From the NCBI RefSeq assembly GCF_001194135.2, contig NC_069004.1, forward strand, positions 35,815,322 through 35,861,758: a DNA stretch of 46,437 nucleotides, in the 5' to 3' direction. The notes under the pieces are model-generated. The model searched no databases and was not told where the DNA came from. It saw only the letters and a program-made list of their open reading frames with translations. Made by a program: the position numbers and the translations under genes. Within the stretch, counting starts at the first letter, position 1. The number at the start of each line of letters is the position of its first letter. Below are positions 11,601 through 25,131 of the stretch, piece after piece. The DNA comes from Octopus bimaculoides (Eukaryota).

Positions 11601-12935
11601 ATGTTCTAGATTGTGGTTTTGTTGTTTCAAGCTTGACTTGTGTCGAAGCAATATTATCATCGTAGTTATTTATAACTTTTTCACCTGAAGGGTCACAAGC
11701 TAAGGGTCACAAAATCACTAGTTACAGAAAACATCCAAGAAGGCATTTTGTAGGCCAGAGACAGACCAATGTATTTTGCAATGTTGGGAGATGGGGGGGG
11801 GGGTCAGTTAGTTGTGATGGAACTGAGATGTAACTCCTTCTGAAATGATGAACCAATGACAGTCTCTATATAATTGCTCAACATGTTAGAAATAACAACG
11901 AAGTCTCCCTCAAATCGAACCTGTATGTCTTAAAAACTTGATGAGCACATTGGATAATGTAAAACTGTTTGAAATGTCTGTGACCATCTCGTGGTTGACC
12001 TGGGGTTAAACAACAACTCCTGCTGGTTCAGCTGTTCCATTGATACTTTCTCCCACACACCACACTGCTCCCCCCACCCTCTACAGAACTCGGTTCCCAT
12101 CTTCTCATTGTTCTTCCGATTCTTGTCTTCCTTTCAAGATATGAATCTTCCATTAAAGAATCTACCAATATTTAATTAGGTCTGTCTGTGTGTCTGTCTA
12201 CGGCTGGAATTTGAAATTATGCTTGCATGTCATTCCATTAGCCAACAACTGTCCTCGGCATTTTCATTCTCCACCACCACCATGACGTTGTCTTCAGTGT
12301 TTTGGAGACTACCACCACTTGATGTTTTATAAGAGACAAACAGACAGACAGAGACCACCACCATGCAATCTACTGTGTGGCTCAGTGTTGTTTCTGTGGT
12401 TTCACTTTGATTGAGCAGGTTTGTTATGAAGGCTCGCCAGCTGAGTAGGCATTGTGTATCTTGGACTACATTATTGAATGTATCCATGATCCTTTGTTTT
12501 TCAAGATGGCAGGTTGGGATTTGAAGGAGATTTGTTTACTTTTTCTAGCAGAACGAACAATCTCAGTAGAGGCTCATTCATTGTTGTTAGTTATCCTCAA
12601 ACCAGACTTGATTAAGCAAAGGCAATCCAGCCATGACCATTCTGTTTTGTGTGCATGGCTTTTATGACTGCATTATCCAGACAGTGGAGTATATTTCAAA
12701 GATTTGGTTGCTATTTCTAGCAGGTGTGAGAATATGCCCTTGCTAGTTTAAAGATTCCCTCATCTCTGGTGGAGGGTAGGGGGGAGTGCAACAAATGCAT
12801 CCAGTTCTGTTGTCTTTTATATTGGGAAGAAAGAATGATGACATAATGAATGATAAGTGAGAGAGAGAAACAGTGGGTCACTGACAAAGCGTTTTGATTG
12901 TAACATTCATCATGGCTCTCTCTCTTTCCCTCTCC

Positions 12936-12991
<56 letters not shown>

Positions 12992-14183
12992 ATGGTATCT
13001 ATAGTAGTGTACAGATTAATAAAAGAAATTCAGAGAAATAGTTTACTTTCACCAGTTACTATCAGAATACCAGAACTGCTACTCCAAACAGTTCTGCCAA
13101 TCTGTTCTCTTGCATCAGTGCTTTTTATTGACCTTGAAAGAATGAAAGGCAAAGTTGACCTCTCCAAGATTTGGACAAAAGCTTCAGAGTTTGAACAAAT
13201 CTCAAAAAAAATCATCAGTCAGCCAATTTGTTTATGTATGGGTTGTGGAGTAGCCTCTGCCTGTCTCGCAGACTTGAGAGGAACAGATTCTGCAGAGAAG
13301 AATGGAATAAATGTGAAGTCCACCCCTTCACTGACCTTCAGTGCCGTGTACATATATTTGTGTGTGTATATACGTATGTATGTATGTATACACGCACACA
13401 CGTGTATATGGTCAGCAGGAAAACTTCTGGAGAGTAGTTTCTCTGCTTCCTTTATTAACAACACATCTTCAATTATAATAATTATTTTGTTTGTTTACCA
13501 AGTTTTGAATTTAAAATTGAACAATTATATTGAGTACCTTTTTATGTTTGTATTTTTTAAAATGTATCTAAATTTTGATTTTTTTTATTCTTTAGGTTTA
13601 TATTATTGTCTTGCTGGTCAAGGTGAACGCTTTTCAATAGCATGGTAAGTAGTACCTCTGTCTGGAGAAGGGTTTGTCCCTGTCTGTTAAAACTGTTTCA
13701 CTTTGTTTTTTTTCTCTCTCAATCCTGTATAATTACTTATGAATATTGCACTTGTAAGTATTATGTGATGATGTTGTTGCTATTCACAGACATTTAAAAA
13801 AAGGGTCATTAAACACTTTTATAGCTATATGTCTGATAAAATATTCTCTGATGGTTTTATTGGTGAGTGAGGAAGACGGGTTGTGGCCCTTAGCTCTACT
13901 CGGGGCCTATGAGACTGGTGGGAGGGATGAAAGAAGCTATCTTCAACCAGAGACCTGGTCTGAATATTACTAACAGAGTGGATGTCTCCCCTGTTTGAGG
14001 CAACAACCAGCCATGGGCTCAGAGGTACTGGCAAAACTTACATGATGTCTGACACTGGTCTTGTGACTGGTTGGTGATTTCTGCATCAGACATGAGGGAA
14101 TATCCTCAAGCAAGGTCTGTTGATGATTGCAATGTTTATAGATCCACTGGTTGGAGTCAGATGAATCTGTCTTAATCAACACT

Positions 14184-14218
<35 letters not shown>

Positions 14219-17200
14219 GTATATATATACACATATGTAAGACATTGGATGGGCAGCATAAAAATTCTTGTGAATTAAACCAGCAACAAATGTTTCACAT
14301 CACAGAGTTCACTTGTAGCAGACTAGCCTCCTGCCCAAGTGAAGATTTGAAATTTCAACTTCTTAATAATTCTTTTCTACTCTAGGCACAAAGCCTGAAA
14401 TTTTGGGGAAGGGTCCAGTCAATTAGATCGACCCCAGTATGCAACTGGTACTTAATTTATCAACCCCTGAAAGGATGAAAAGCAAAGTTGACCTCAGCGG
14501 AATTTGAACTCGGAACGTAAAGACAGCCGAAATACCGCTAAGTATTTTGCCCAGCATGCTAATGTTTCTGCCAGCTCCCACCACCTTACAACTTCTTAGT
14601 AAGAAACACACACACATACATACATATATGAATCATTGTGCTTTGTAAAGATATTTTTTAAAACCCAACTTGATATTTTGTATGAAAAGAAGAATATCTT
14701 CAAGAAAATAATGTCTGTGTTTCTATTTCCAGGCTTTTGTCAGATTCTTCCCCTTTTATGTGGTGCATGGTTGGAATTGGTTTGGCAATATCTCTGTCTG
14801 TTGTTGGAGCTGCTTGGTAAGTGAAACCTCACCATCCACATTCTCTTCCCTCTCCTCTCGTCTAACTTTATTTTGGGTTTTTTTTTTTTTATTATTTCCA
14901 TTTTTTTAAGCCCTTTTTTTTAAATTTTGGTATTTTGATCAAGTTACATAATTCTAATAATAATTCATTGATTACATTGATCTCCAGTACATGACTGGTA
15001 CTTATTTTATAAAACTGGCCTGGGAAGTCTTCAGATAGAAGCAGTTATTAGGTTACTACAATTGGAATTGCTAAAAATGTATTGATGTAGAGACTCTATC
15101 ACTAACTAAAAGTGAATTGTAATATAATGGATTAAAATTACCAATTTTACAAATCTTAATTTGATAGTTCTCTGCACCGAAAGTAATCAAATCAGATTTA
15201 AGGTCTTCAATGGAGAAAGATTTAGTGGAAATAATTCTGGTTTCTAAAGACAAAATGTCCTTAAGTTTTAGATTCAATTCAAAAAATGGTTTAATAAAAT
15301 GTTGAGAAAATTATTCAATTATCATAAAAATTTCTGTCAAAAATTTTAAATATAATTTTTTTTTTTTCTTTTTACCTTGTGACATGAAAATGTTGTCTCA
15401 TCCAGTTTCTTCCTTAATTTTCTATTTTTAGGGGAATATACACAACAGGTTCCAGTATTCTCGGTGCCGGTGTCAAAGCTCCAAGAATCCGCACCAAAAA
15501 TCTCATCAGCATCATCTTCTGTGAAGCTGTAGCTATTTATGGCATCATTATGGCAATTGTGATTGGGAACCAAGCCAATGTAAGATTCTAACAATTTGCC
15601 TTTTTGTTTCACTTTTTCTTTGTCCCTCTCCCTTCAACCTTTTCATCTCTTCCTTTGAAGTGTGACACACACCACAGGTACATACAAAAACAAGAAAAAT
15701 AAGCGTATTAATATTATTGATGATAATGATGATGATGATGAAACCGTTTAATCTTTCGTTTTGACATTAAAGCTAGTTTCTCATCACTATTTCTATTTCA
15801 TATTTATTTTTAGGATTTCAGCATCAATGAGGTCTCCACTGATGTCTTAAGAAATAATTTTATGTCAGGTTTGTAATGTTTAGAGATTTACCTGTTTGCC
15901 TTCCTTTCTTTTGTTAGTCTTTTTTTTTCTCCTCACCCTTCAAAAAGATAAACTTTGAGAATAAATATCTCCAATGAGTTATCATTTAATAGGATCATTT
16001 TGGAAACTACTAACAGACAATAGAGCTCAGCTTAGCCCTCTGCCTTGTCAGCTCTTGCCAAACCATCCAACCCATGCCAGCATGGAAAGTAGATGCTAAA
16101 TGATGATGATGATGGTGGTTAACCTCCTCCCAAGAGATAAAATATTTGAAAAATCTTTGCACTAAGATGTTGTCAGTAAGGTGAGGCTTACTAACGATAG
16201 GAGGGGGCAACATAGTATTCCGAGAGGTATCCTTCAAGTCCCCATCTCTCTCTTCCCTTTCCACACACAAACACACCTCTGTTTATTAAAGTTGTCCAGA
16301 CCCTCACTCATTGTGTCTCAATCTGCTTGTGACTACATAGGCACCTAAAATAACTTATGAAAGTTTGGCACATGCTACTGTGCCATTCTTTGTTGCAAAT
16401 AACGGTTTGTATGTCTATTTATATATATATATATACACACATACATATATATACACATACTTATATATACAGGGTGCAGTGAATAAATTGTCGTCTAAGT
16501 TACGCAAAAATGAAAATATCACTGACGTCTCATTTTAACAGATATCTTTACCAAAATTACATAAAAATATCTTCAAATACTAAAGAGTAAATTTATGCAA
16601 TTAAATTGCCGTTGGCTCCAACCATGGCCTTTAGAAGACTTCGGAATCTCCTGCAACTCTTCTGGTCGGTCTCCTTGTTTAAGTTGGTGAAGGCTGCCAT
16701 AATCCTTGCCTTCAGTTCATCTTTGGTGTTACAAGGAGTTTTGTTGGTCCCCCGCTCAAGGGGGCTGCAGTCTGGGGAGTTGGGTAGCCAGACATGGTCA
16801 CAGAAATTGTCTGACAGCCATGACTGGGTTCGCCTGCTTGTGTGGCACGGTGCAGAGTCCTGGTGCCGGACACGGGGTCTTCCAGCAGCCACCCTCTTCA
16901 CCCAGAGCAGCACTACCTCCTCTAGACACATGATGTAGGCCTTCATATTGAATCTGAGGCCATGTGGGAAGATGAATGGAAGCATAACATCACATGACTA
17001 GTGATCACTCCAAATACCATGATGCTGCCTGGTTATTTGATTTTTATCACCCTTTATACATGTTTTGGGGACACGGCAAGCCAACAAGTGTTCTGTATGT
17101 TTACCATTTGTTCATATTGGAGTTTCTGACATGAATGCCAAGTAGTACAGCATGTTGTTTCCAAATTTCTGGCTGAGTGATTTGCCTGATGATGCTGTTT

Positions 17201-18954
17201 TTCTCACAGGCAATGCCCAACTGGCCCTACCATACCCTGTAGTCGACAAAATCAAAAACAAACAATCCACATGCATGAAATTAAAAACATAAAATGGTGA
17301 TAATTTATCCATCACACCCTGTAAATATATATAATGTGATCGGCTTGAAAATTTGTTACAATATTAAGATATTTTATTAATATGAAACTAATGGTAGCCT
17401 TTATACACAAAAAAAGAAATTTTATCCACTGTTGTGGTATTGATTACACATTCTCATTGTTTGACATTTACGTATTTATATAATGTAGATAGATATTTAT
17501 GTATGTTTGTATGTATGTGAATAAATGAGTTTCTGCATAGTTTCCATCTCCCAAATTCTCCAAAAAGTATCGATCAAGCAAAGGCTACGTCTGCTGCATG
17601 AGAAGTATACAGTTAAGTGACAGTTGATGGAGTAATGCAAGGAATTAAAATTTCTCAGTTTAACCTGTTTTACTATAAAATAAAACATGTTACCAAGGGG
17701 TGGCATACACTAGGATTGAACCCTGGACTACATGGTTGCAAAGTGACTGTTTAGATCACATAGCCCTGCTTGCATCTGTATATTTGTTTCTGTTTTTCAG
17801 GTTACATGATGTTTGGCGCTGGGTTAACAGTGGGGCTGTGCAACCTTGCCTGTGGGATGTGCGTGGGTATCGTTGGGTCTGGAGCTGCCTTAGCAGATGC
17901 TCAAGATGCCAGCCTCTTTGTCAAGATTCTCATTGTCGAGATTTTTGGTAGTGCCATTGGTTTGTTTGGAGTCATTGTCGGAATTTTACAGGTCAGTAAG
18001 ACTTTGTTTTTTATATATTCTACCCCCAGCATACTTTGGTATGTAGGGAGCTTCTAGCCCCAATCTTTGCTTCTTCTTCTTCACAGTTCCTTTACCCTGT
18101 TATAAAAGGTTGAAAAATAACATGTAACACACNNNNNNNNNNNNNNNNNNNNNNNNNNNNNNNNNNNNNNNNNNNNNNNNNNNNNNNNNNNNNNNNNNNN
18201 NNNNNNNNNNNNNNNNNNNNNNNNNNNNNNNNNNNNNNNNNNNNNNNNNNNNNNNNNNNNNNNNNNNNNNNNNNNNNNNNNNNNNNNNNNNNNNNNNNNN
18301 NNNNNNNNNNNNNNNNNNNNNNNNNNNNNNATCAGTATTTGTGTTCCTTGGCCCCGAGTCAATTCTAAACAAGCTGACCCTGTTATAAAGAGTATTTCAG
18401 CTCTGACTGGCCTCTCTTATTTCCACACATACTAAAATTGGACTAAATTATCTAATTTCCCAACTACAGTAGGATACAACTAGAAAGCTATTTGGCTGCT
18501 ATGTTTAGCATGTTATTTAGCCCCTGGTCTGCCCTGATCCAGGAGACCTGGGATCAAAGACGTTTCACCCTGTCTGTTGTTGAAATACTTTATATTGGAA
18601 ACTACACAAAATATTGTTCCATTTTTTAACAAGGGATTTGAGGGAGATTTGACTGTTGTTTCTTTAGGACAGGAAGCAAGCTTGTAATATTGTTAAGCCT
18701 GTGAGCCAGTTTCATTTCTTTGTTAAAATCACTTTTGTTTTATCTTGTGGTAAGGCATGCCTATCCCATCACCTCTTTCATCAGAGACTTTGTGTCTCCT
18801 TTTATCTGTCGTAAGTTTTGCCTCAATTAGTCGTGCAGTTAACATAAAATATTTAATTTTGCTTGGAAAGTTAGATTAATCATTTCGTTAATGTGTAATT
18901 TTTTTGTTGTTTTGTTTGTTGCAGACCTCCAGAGCGAAGATGACCACTACTTAA
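8698..18954 (+). CDS. ATP6V0B: V-type proton ATPase 21 kDa proteolipid subunit c'' (Vma16), 208-216 aa
   Basis: Seven GT-AG exons with matching phases: 8698-8791 (alternative in-frame ATG at 8722), 13596-13644, 14733-14816, 15432-15579, 15814-15868, 17801-17991, 18925-18954. Translation includes [60 protein letters not shown] and [32 protein letters not shown], hallmark c'' motifs with the intramembrane Glu. Confidence 0.96.
10600..10870 (-). mobile_element. Possible RTE-like LINE 3' remnant
   Basis: Minus strand reads [19 protein letters not shown]...[12 protein letters not shown] with a stop, resembling the RTE C-terminal pattern R..RISW....TN..VL...GRP...W. Confidence 0.4.
10935..11147 (-). 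mobile_element. tRNA-type SINE family A, near full length
   Basis: Minus strand reads ggcggcggtgagctggcagaaccgttagcacaccgggcgaaatgcc...aagttcaaatcctgccgaggtcgactttgcctctcatcctttcgggatcaataaa, with Pol III A-box-like and B-box-like elements. Recurs many times in the window. Confidence 0.8.
14371..14586 (-). mobile_element. tRNA-type SINE family A, near full length
   Basis: Close match to 10935-11147 over its whole length. Confidence 0.8.
16470..17321 (-). mobile_element. Internally deleted, non-autonomous Tc1/mariner-superfamily DNA transposon in ATP6V0B intron 5
   Basis: TIRs cagggtgcagtgaataaattgtc and (reverse complement) cagggtgtgatggataaattatc, each flanked by TA (16468-69, 17322-23). 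Minus-strand transposase remnants: [76 protein letters not shown]. Confidence 0.9.
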
Positions 18955-19770
18955 GTCTGTTGTTGACTTAAAACAGTTGACCATGTCATTTTTGGTCAGA
19001 TTTTACATCCAGTCTTACTAATAGACGCTGCCAACATCATAATTTTGTTAAGGAGTTTGTAAGTGTGTATGTGTTTTTGGTTTTTGTTGTTGTCAGTTCT
19101 TCCATCAATCATTGCTGTTCTTAGGCTTTCCAAGTCTCTTCTTTCAATACATCCTATCTCCCCCATCCCCACCTTCACTTCAGCTTCGATGGAGTTGTTT
19201 CCTACCCACCCCCACTCCCTTATTCTTCAGATTCTTCTTAACTGCTGTCAACTTCTCAATATCACAGGCTAGATTCCGTCAAGGTTTTGCAGCCCAACAA
19301 AACACAAAACAATTCAGATACAGAAATTCATGTAGTTTCCCTTGGTTGGCAAACATCCTTCGTCTTTTTTCTTGTTTCGAGTAGTCTTACAGTTGCTATG
19401 GTGTTGGTAGTTCTATAAACCTGGTCAGAACTTCCAGACTAAACATGATCAATAATAATAATAATAATAATAGTAATAATAATGTTGACAAACTGTGGAA
19501 ACGAATGGCCATGTGTGTGGATGGGTGGGGTGTCTCTCTATCATGTGAGTCTGTTTAAGTTGGTTTTCCAGTCAAATTTACTTGGCTCAACTGTGACCTG
19601 ATTACATTTTAATTAGTTTAATGTAATTTCTCTTAATATGTCTAGTCTTGTACTCACACCTTCAGAAAACAATTACATACTGCAGACCATCCGCAAGACA
19701 GTTGCACATACATACACACATACGTATGTATGCAGCATAGCCATATATATATATATATATATACACAGAT

Positions 19771-19821
<51 letters not shown>

Positions 19822-19946
19822 NNNNNNNNNNNNNNNNNNNNNNNNNNNNNNNNNNNNNNNNNNNNNNNNNNNNNNNNNNNNNNNNNNNNNNNNNNNNNNN
19901 NNNNNNNNNNNNNNNNNNNNNNNNNNNNNNNNNNNNNNNNNNNNNN

Positions 19947-19988
<42 letters not shown>

Positions 19989-20390
19989 CATAGTCACACA
20001 CTACTAAGTAAAATAACTTAAGAGTGATTCTTGTATTTCTCCAAGTTAATTTGACTGCTGGAGATTTTTTTTCTTTCTCTCTCCCATTTTGTGTGTGTGA
20101 AATTATAGATTTGTGAAAGTTTGAAAACCTGTTTAAACATTTTCTGAAGACTTGTTACACAAAGAAATTCCTTTCCAGTGAGTTTTTCCAGTTCAAAGAC
20201 CATTTTTGACATTCCAAACTTGATTTCATTGGAATCAGTTGATGTCTTTTGTTTGTTGGATTTTATTTTAGTTTTTTGGATTGTTTTGTTTTTCATTTTG
20301 GATAAAGCAGAAAAATTTAAAGTGCAAAAAAAAAGAAAAAGAAATAAAATGTTGTTTTAATTACTGTTGTTGTTGTTGTTATTTTTAAGA

Positions 20391-20587
20391 AAGCGGCAAG
20401 CTGTCTGAATGGTTGACGCCTTGGACAAAAGGCTTACAATGTGAAGAGCTGGAAGAAATGCTGCCATGGTGAACTTTGCCTTTCATTCTTTTGAAGTCAA
20501 TAAAATAAGTACCAGTTGCATATTGCGGTTGGTGTAATCAACTTACCCCTTGCTCCCTAAAATCGCTGGTTTTGAGTCAAAATTTGA
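20391..20587 (+). mobile_element. tRNA-type SINE family A, diverged copy
   Basis: gcggcaagctg...gaactttgcctttcattc...taaaataagtaccagtt matches family A in plus orientation. Confidence 0.6.
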
Positions 20588-23500
20588 AGCTGTTATTATT
20601 AAGATAAAGGAAAGCGGGATGTAACTACCGTCTTCAGAACTCCTTCAAGATTAGTGAGATCCCTGTTAATATTTTGCTGTTTTGTCAACAGAAAAGACAG
20701 GGTTAAAGAAGGAACTTTATTGAGGATCTGTAATTATTAGGGTCCAAAATGTTTTCTGACCCTGAAGAGAAGGGCCAGTGTTAGAGATGAAGTCTTATGT
20801 TAAGGATGTGTTGTGTTTTTTTTTATCCAAGAGATTCTAGGGGACAGAACAGAATGCTGGTCTACGTTATGTCTTCTGTCTCCAGAGCAAACAAGAGATA
20901 CAGCACTCAACAACTCAATCCATTTAATTGTTACTGACCAGTGGATGGAGACTATATCATCCTTACTGACCTTTTTTGGGTCCATAGCTTCTCATGTAAT
21001 TGTAAGGGCATCGTCAAGACATACCAGCATGTCTTGAACATTTTAAACCTGTTGGAATTCATTCCTAGCCAGGTGTGATTATAGTTTTCTTCCAGAGATA
21101 GAACTAAATCAACCCAAGAAAGATGAAAAGCAAACTTGGCCTCGGGAATCCAAAGTGAATACCACCAGGTACTGTGTTCCATACTAGCAACTCAGCTTTA
21201 TTGGAGGCAAGAAAGTAAATGGCAGCACTTCTCAATCCTTTTCCGACATGGACATTTTCAAACAAACTTTTAAGTTAAAGAGAAAACTATAACAAAAAAT
21301 GTTTTGAATAAAACCAATTTTTGTTTACATTGTTTTATTAATTTTTGTCTCTAACCAAATTCTGAAGAACACATTTTTCAAGACATTCAAGCATTAGAAT
21401 GGACTTTCTAAAGATTCAAATTTTAATCTTAAAACTCCATGGCACACCATTTGTGAACCGTTGGTTTATAGCAGTAATTACACAGGGGCTTCAACTACTT
21501 ACAGAAACCCACTGAAAAATTAAAATGAAAAGCTTGACAAGTGTTTCCTCTGGTTTCTTGTTTTGCATTCAACTTCCATTTTCACCCATAAGGGAAAGTC
21601 ACTTCTGGTTGGTTGTCATTCCATCCAGGAGATAAGAGAATTGATTAGCAAAGCTTAGTTTTCCTTTCCAATATCCTGCTAAACACTACAGAGAAAACAT
21701 GGAATTCAGCATGTTGCCCCTCTGTGTAGCCTGAATATTCATAAAAAGGATTAAAAGATTATCCCTGTTTTTGTCATTTTTATGCAGGAATGAGATATTT
21801 CAAGACAACTGAAGGAATGGATTAATGCAATAATAGCAGAGAACACAGAAACACGAAAGACGTATGGTTCTTTTTGTTTTTTTTTCTTTTCTTTTTTTGC
21901 AATTAGGAAATTTCAAATTTTTCTTTAAATTAAGACAAGCAATATTTTGTCATCTTTGAAATGTAGTTTATGACAAAAAAAAAAACAGTTTAGCCATGGA
22001 GAGAGAAAGAATAAGATATTTGGATGGCATTAGTTGAGGTATTGATGATGATGATGATGGTGGTGATGGTGACAGTAGACGAAGGGGAAGAGAAGATAAT
22101 TCTTTCCTCCAAACATGAGATAGATTATTCTTTTTTATATTTATTTTTGTGGTTGTTGTTATTGGTCTTAATGTTATTTGTTATATTTCTGACCCCCCCC
22201 TACACACAACCCAGCTACTTATTGACATTTGTTTTCACAACCAATAATGATTGCTAACACAACACTAAGAGCAGTAATTAATTAATTTAATCTGTGGCTG
22301 GTCTTTTTTAATTGAGAGAAAGACTAATATTGCTGAAAACTTAAACTTTGAACCTAAAATGTTGATGTGGTTATAAAAGCCAAAAGTTTATTGGAACGAA
22401 GCTCCTTCCAGTATTCCACTGCCAAGGGAAGCTTCTTCATGTCAGTTTGGCCCGATAGAAACAGCAGCTAAACTTTCCTTAGATCATAGTCTGTTGACGT
22501 AGAGAGTAAAATTAGATAACATAGTTCCTAAATAGAAAAGAAAACAAATAGTCATGGTTGGATTGCCTTTGATGGCAAGGTCTGCTGAATAAGGACTTAC
22601 TAGGGGCTAAACAAGCACATCCTTGTGGAGAAAAGGAGAGAAACTTAACAACCCCACCCTATACCAAGTAATGTCTTTGGAAGGCAACAGGGGATCCCTT
22701 CCGACTTCTTATAAAAGAGCAGTCAAATCTCCCTCGTAGCACACAGAAGGATACTCTGAACATAGAAACAAGACTGGATGGTCATGCTTGGAATGTCTCT
22801 GATCACACATTAACTGAATCAGAGCTGACCTGGGGCTAATTAATGACTGGCTGGATTGTTTAGCACCACCACTCCAGCCCCTCCTCAGAGGATCCACCTT
22901 TAATAGAAAATAAATAATCCTGGACTGGATTGAACTTAGAATGTTGATGTTATGAAAGAAAATGCAATTATGGTGCTTAGACTGGGACATGTTCTTTCAC
23001 TTAGGAGGAGGGGTGCCCTCAAAACTGAAGACTTGACTCAAATAGGTATAACAGAGTGGACTAAAGGTGCCTGAGGTAACAGCTAGTGTGGTGTTACCCT
23101 GGGTGATGGATTAAGTCTATCTCTTACCAGGATTTGAACTTAGAACACAAAATATCCAGTCTGGTGTTCTAACGATTCTGCCAGTTTGCCACCCTAGACT
23201 ACTTTTTAGTTTACTGACCTCGGTAAGATGAAAGACAAAGTTGGCATCAATGAGAATTGAACTTGGAAAGCTAGAATAAATACAGCAACAGAATTCATTC
23301 AATGTTCTACCAACTACTCTGCCATTTCACTGCCCTATTAATAGCCAAAGGAGGAGGAGGAGGAACAAGTAACGTGTAATTTAATCAATTCCAAGTATTT
23401 GACTTGTACTTCATTTTCTCAACCCTCAAAGGACGAAATGCAAAATTGACCTTAACAGAGTTTCAACTCTGAATGATAAAAGGTTAACTTAAATATTGCA

Positions 23501-25131
23501 ATTCATTTTGTTTGATATTCTAATGAGTCTACTGATCCACTATTCTTGCACAGGTATTTCGTTGTTTTCTCTGATACCATCACCACCCCATTCCAGATTC
23601 ACCAGGGTGAACAAAACTCCTGATGATGGAGGTGTATGTTTGTGTGATCAATCACATCAAAGGTATTGGCCATTATCACCCTGGTGAAGGAAAAAATAAA
23701 TGCCTGTCTACATGTAATACAGGTGTGTATATCCTATGCATTTTGAAGAGAACTGCATCAAACATGCAACACTAAAACAAGAAACCATTTAGTTATCAAT
23801 AATCTCTTCAAATATTCAACTTGTAACTGAGTTTGTCGATCTGGAGCTGATTTTGTTAGCTACATGTGGATACATGAACCAAAGCAATAAATCTTTGTCA
23901 ATTTAAAGAACATACGCCTGCTAATCACACAAACGTCTTGCTGTTGAGGGTCTGAAGAGACGCATGTCTACACAATGCCTAGTATCATGATTCTGCAGTG
24001 CATTTAACTGAGGAGAGACATCTCTGTAACCATTGTTGCAAAGGATGTTACCAACTGGGCCAACAACTCAGCTTTGCTTTGCAGCTCATTAAATAAGTGG
24101 TCGCATTTACCAACAAACTGATGTCTATCATTTCCAGCCAGGATTTGAACTCGGAATGTAAAGGAAGGAAAGTAAACACTGGAGTCCAAGTTCCAAAACT
24201 GAAGACAACATTAATTTCTACTAAACTGTGTACATGACCCTCACACACTTGGAGTGGAGGACAAGGTAGCCTGAACAGCCAAATAAATCTATCATCCTGT
24301 ACCCCAGTATATAACTGGTACTGATATCTCGAGTCTGGAAAGATGAGTGTGGAAGAACTTGAACACAGGAAGGAAAGTGTTCAAAACCAAATACTGAACG
24401 CCATTTGCTTGGGGAACTCCACCAAATTCTATTGCTCAATTGTCATCACAACATCAAGGAAATATTTATGAAAATTGGATTTGTGTGGTTTCCAAATGTC
24501 CACTTACCCTGGAAGGAATTGATTTTGAAGTCTGTGTCAATATTGGATTGTTTTTTTTTGTTCTTTTTCTCTGTGTGTTATTAAATTAGTGTTTGTGTTA
24601 ACACATTAATGTGGCTGTGTTTCTATTATCACAGTGTGTTTGCATTAACATATTAATGTGTACCTATGTTAACACATTAGTGTGGTTCTCTTGACCAGCA
24701 GTGGAGGTCAGGTGGAATGGTTTATACCAACATTATTTAGAGTCACTGGTTGCTGTGGGGTAGGTAAGAATAATAAGGGGTATTTACCCAAACCAATGAT
24801 GTACTGATTGTTCTTTAGATGTGTGGAACATGTACAAGGACATTCATTAAAGACAAGGTTGTACAGTAGCTGGCGGCTGGAAGTTACCCGGTAGCTACAT
24901 TTAGGACGTTTCATCGGAGCAAATATATTGTAGCACCTTGCTGTGTAGTGTAGTGTGTGTTGGCTGTGGACAAGTTTGACCAGAGGCCATGCTGTACAGG
25001 ATGTAGGGGAGCGGAACGACTGGGAGCCAGGTTGAGATGAGCAAAGAAGGAATTCTAAACGGAGTCAGCATGTGTGAGATATTTAGATGGGACATGGACA
25101 AATATCAGTAGAGCCAAGACGGGAAGAATGT

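Noticed and set aside
12857-13648. Longest ORF in the track (263 aa)
   Set aside because: It is a chance read-through of a (CT)n array, a SINE fragment and intron sequence. Only its last 17 codons (13596-13644) are real, as ATP6V0B exon 2.
21500-21530. Possible minus-strand microexon (ttttcag|tgggtttct|gtaagt)
   Set aside because: No partner exons or host gene could be identified, and such motifs arise by chance in AT-rich DNA.
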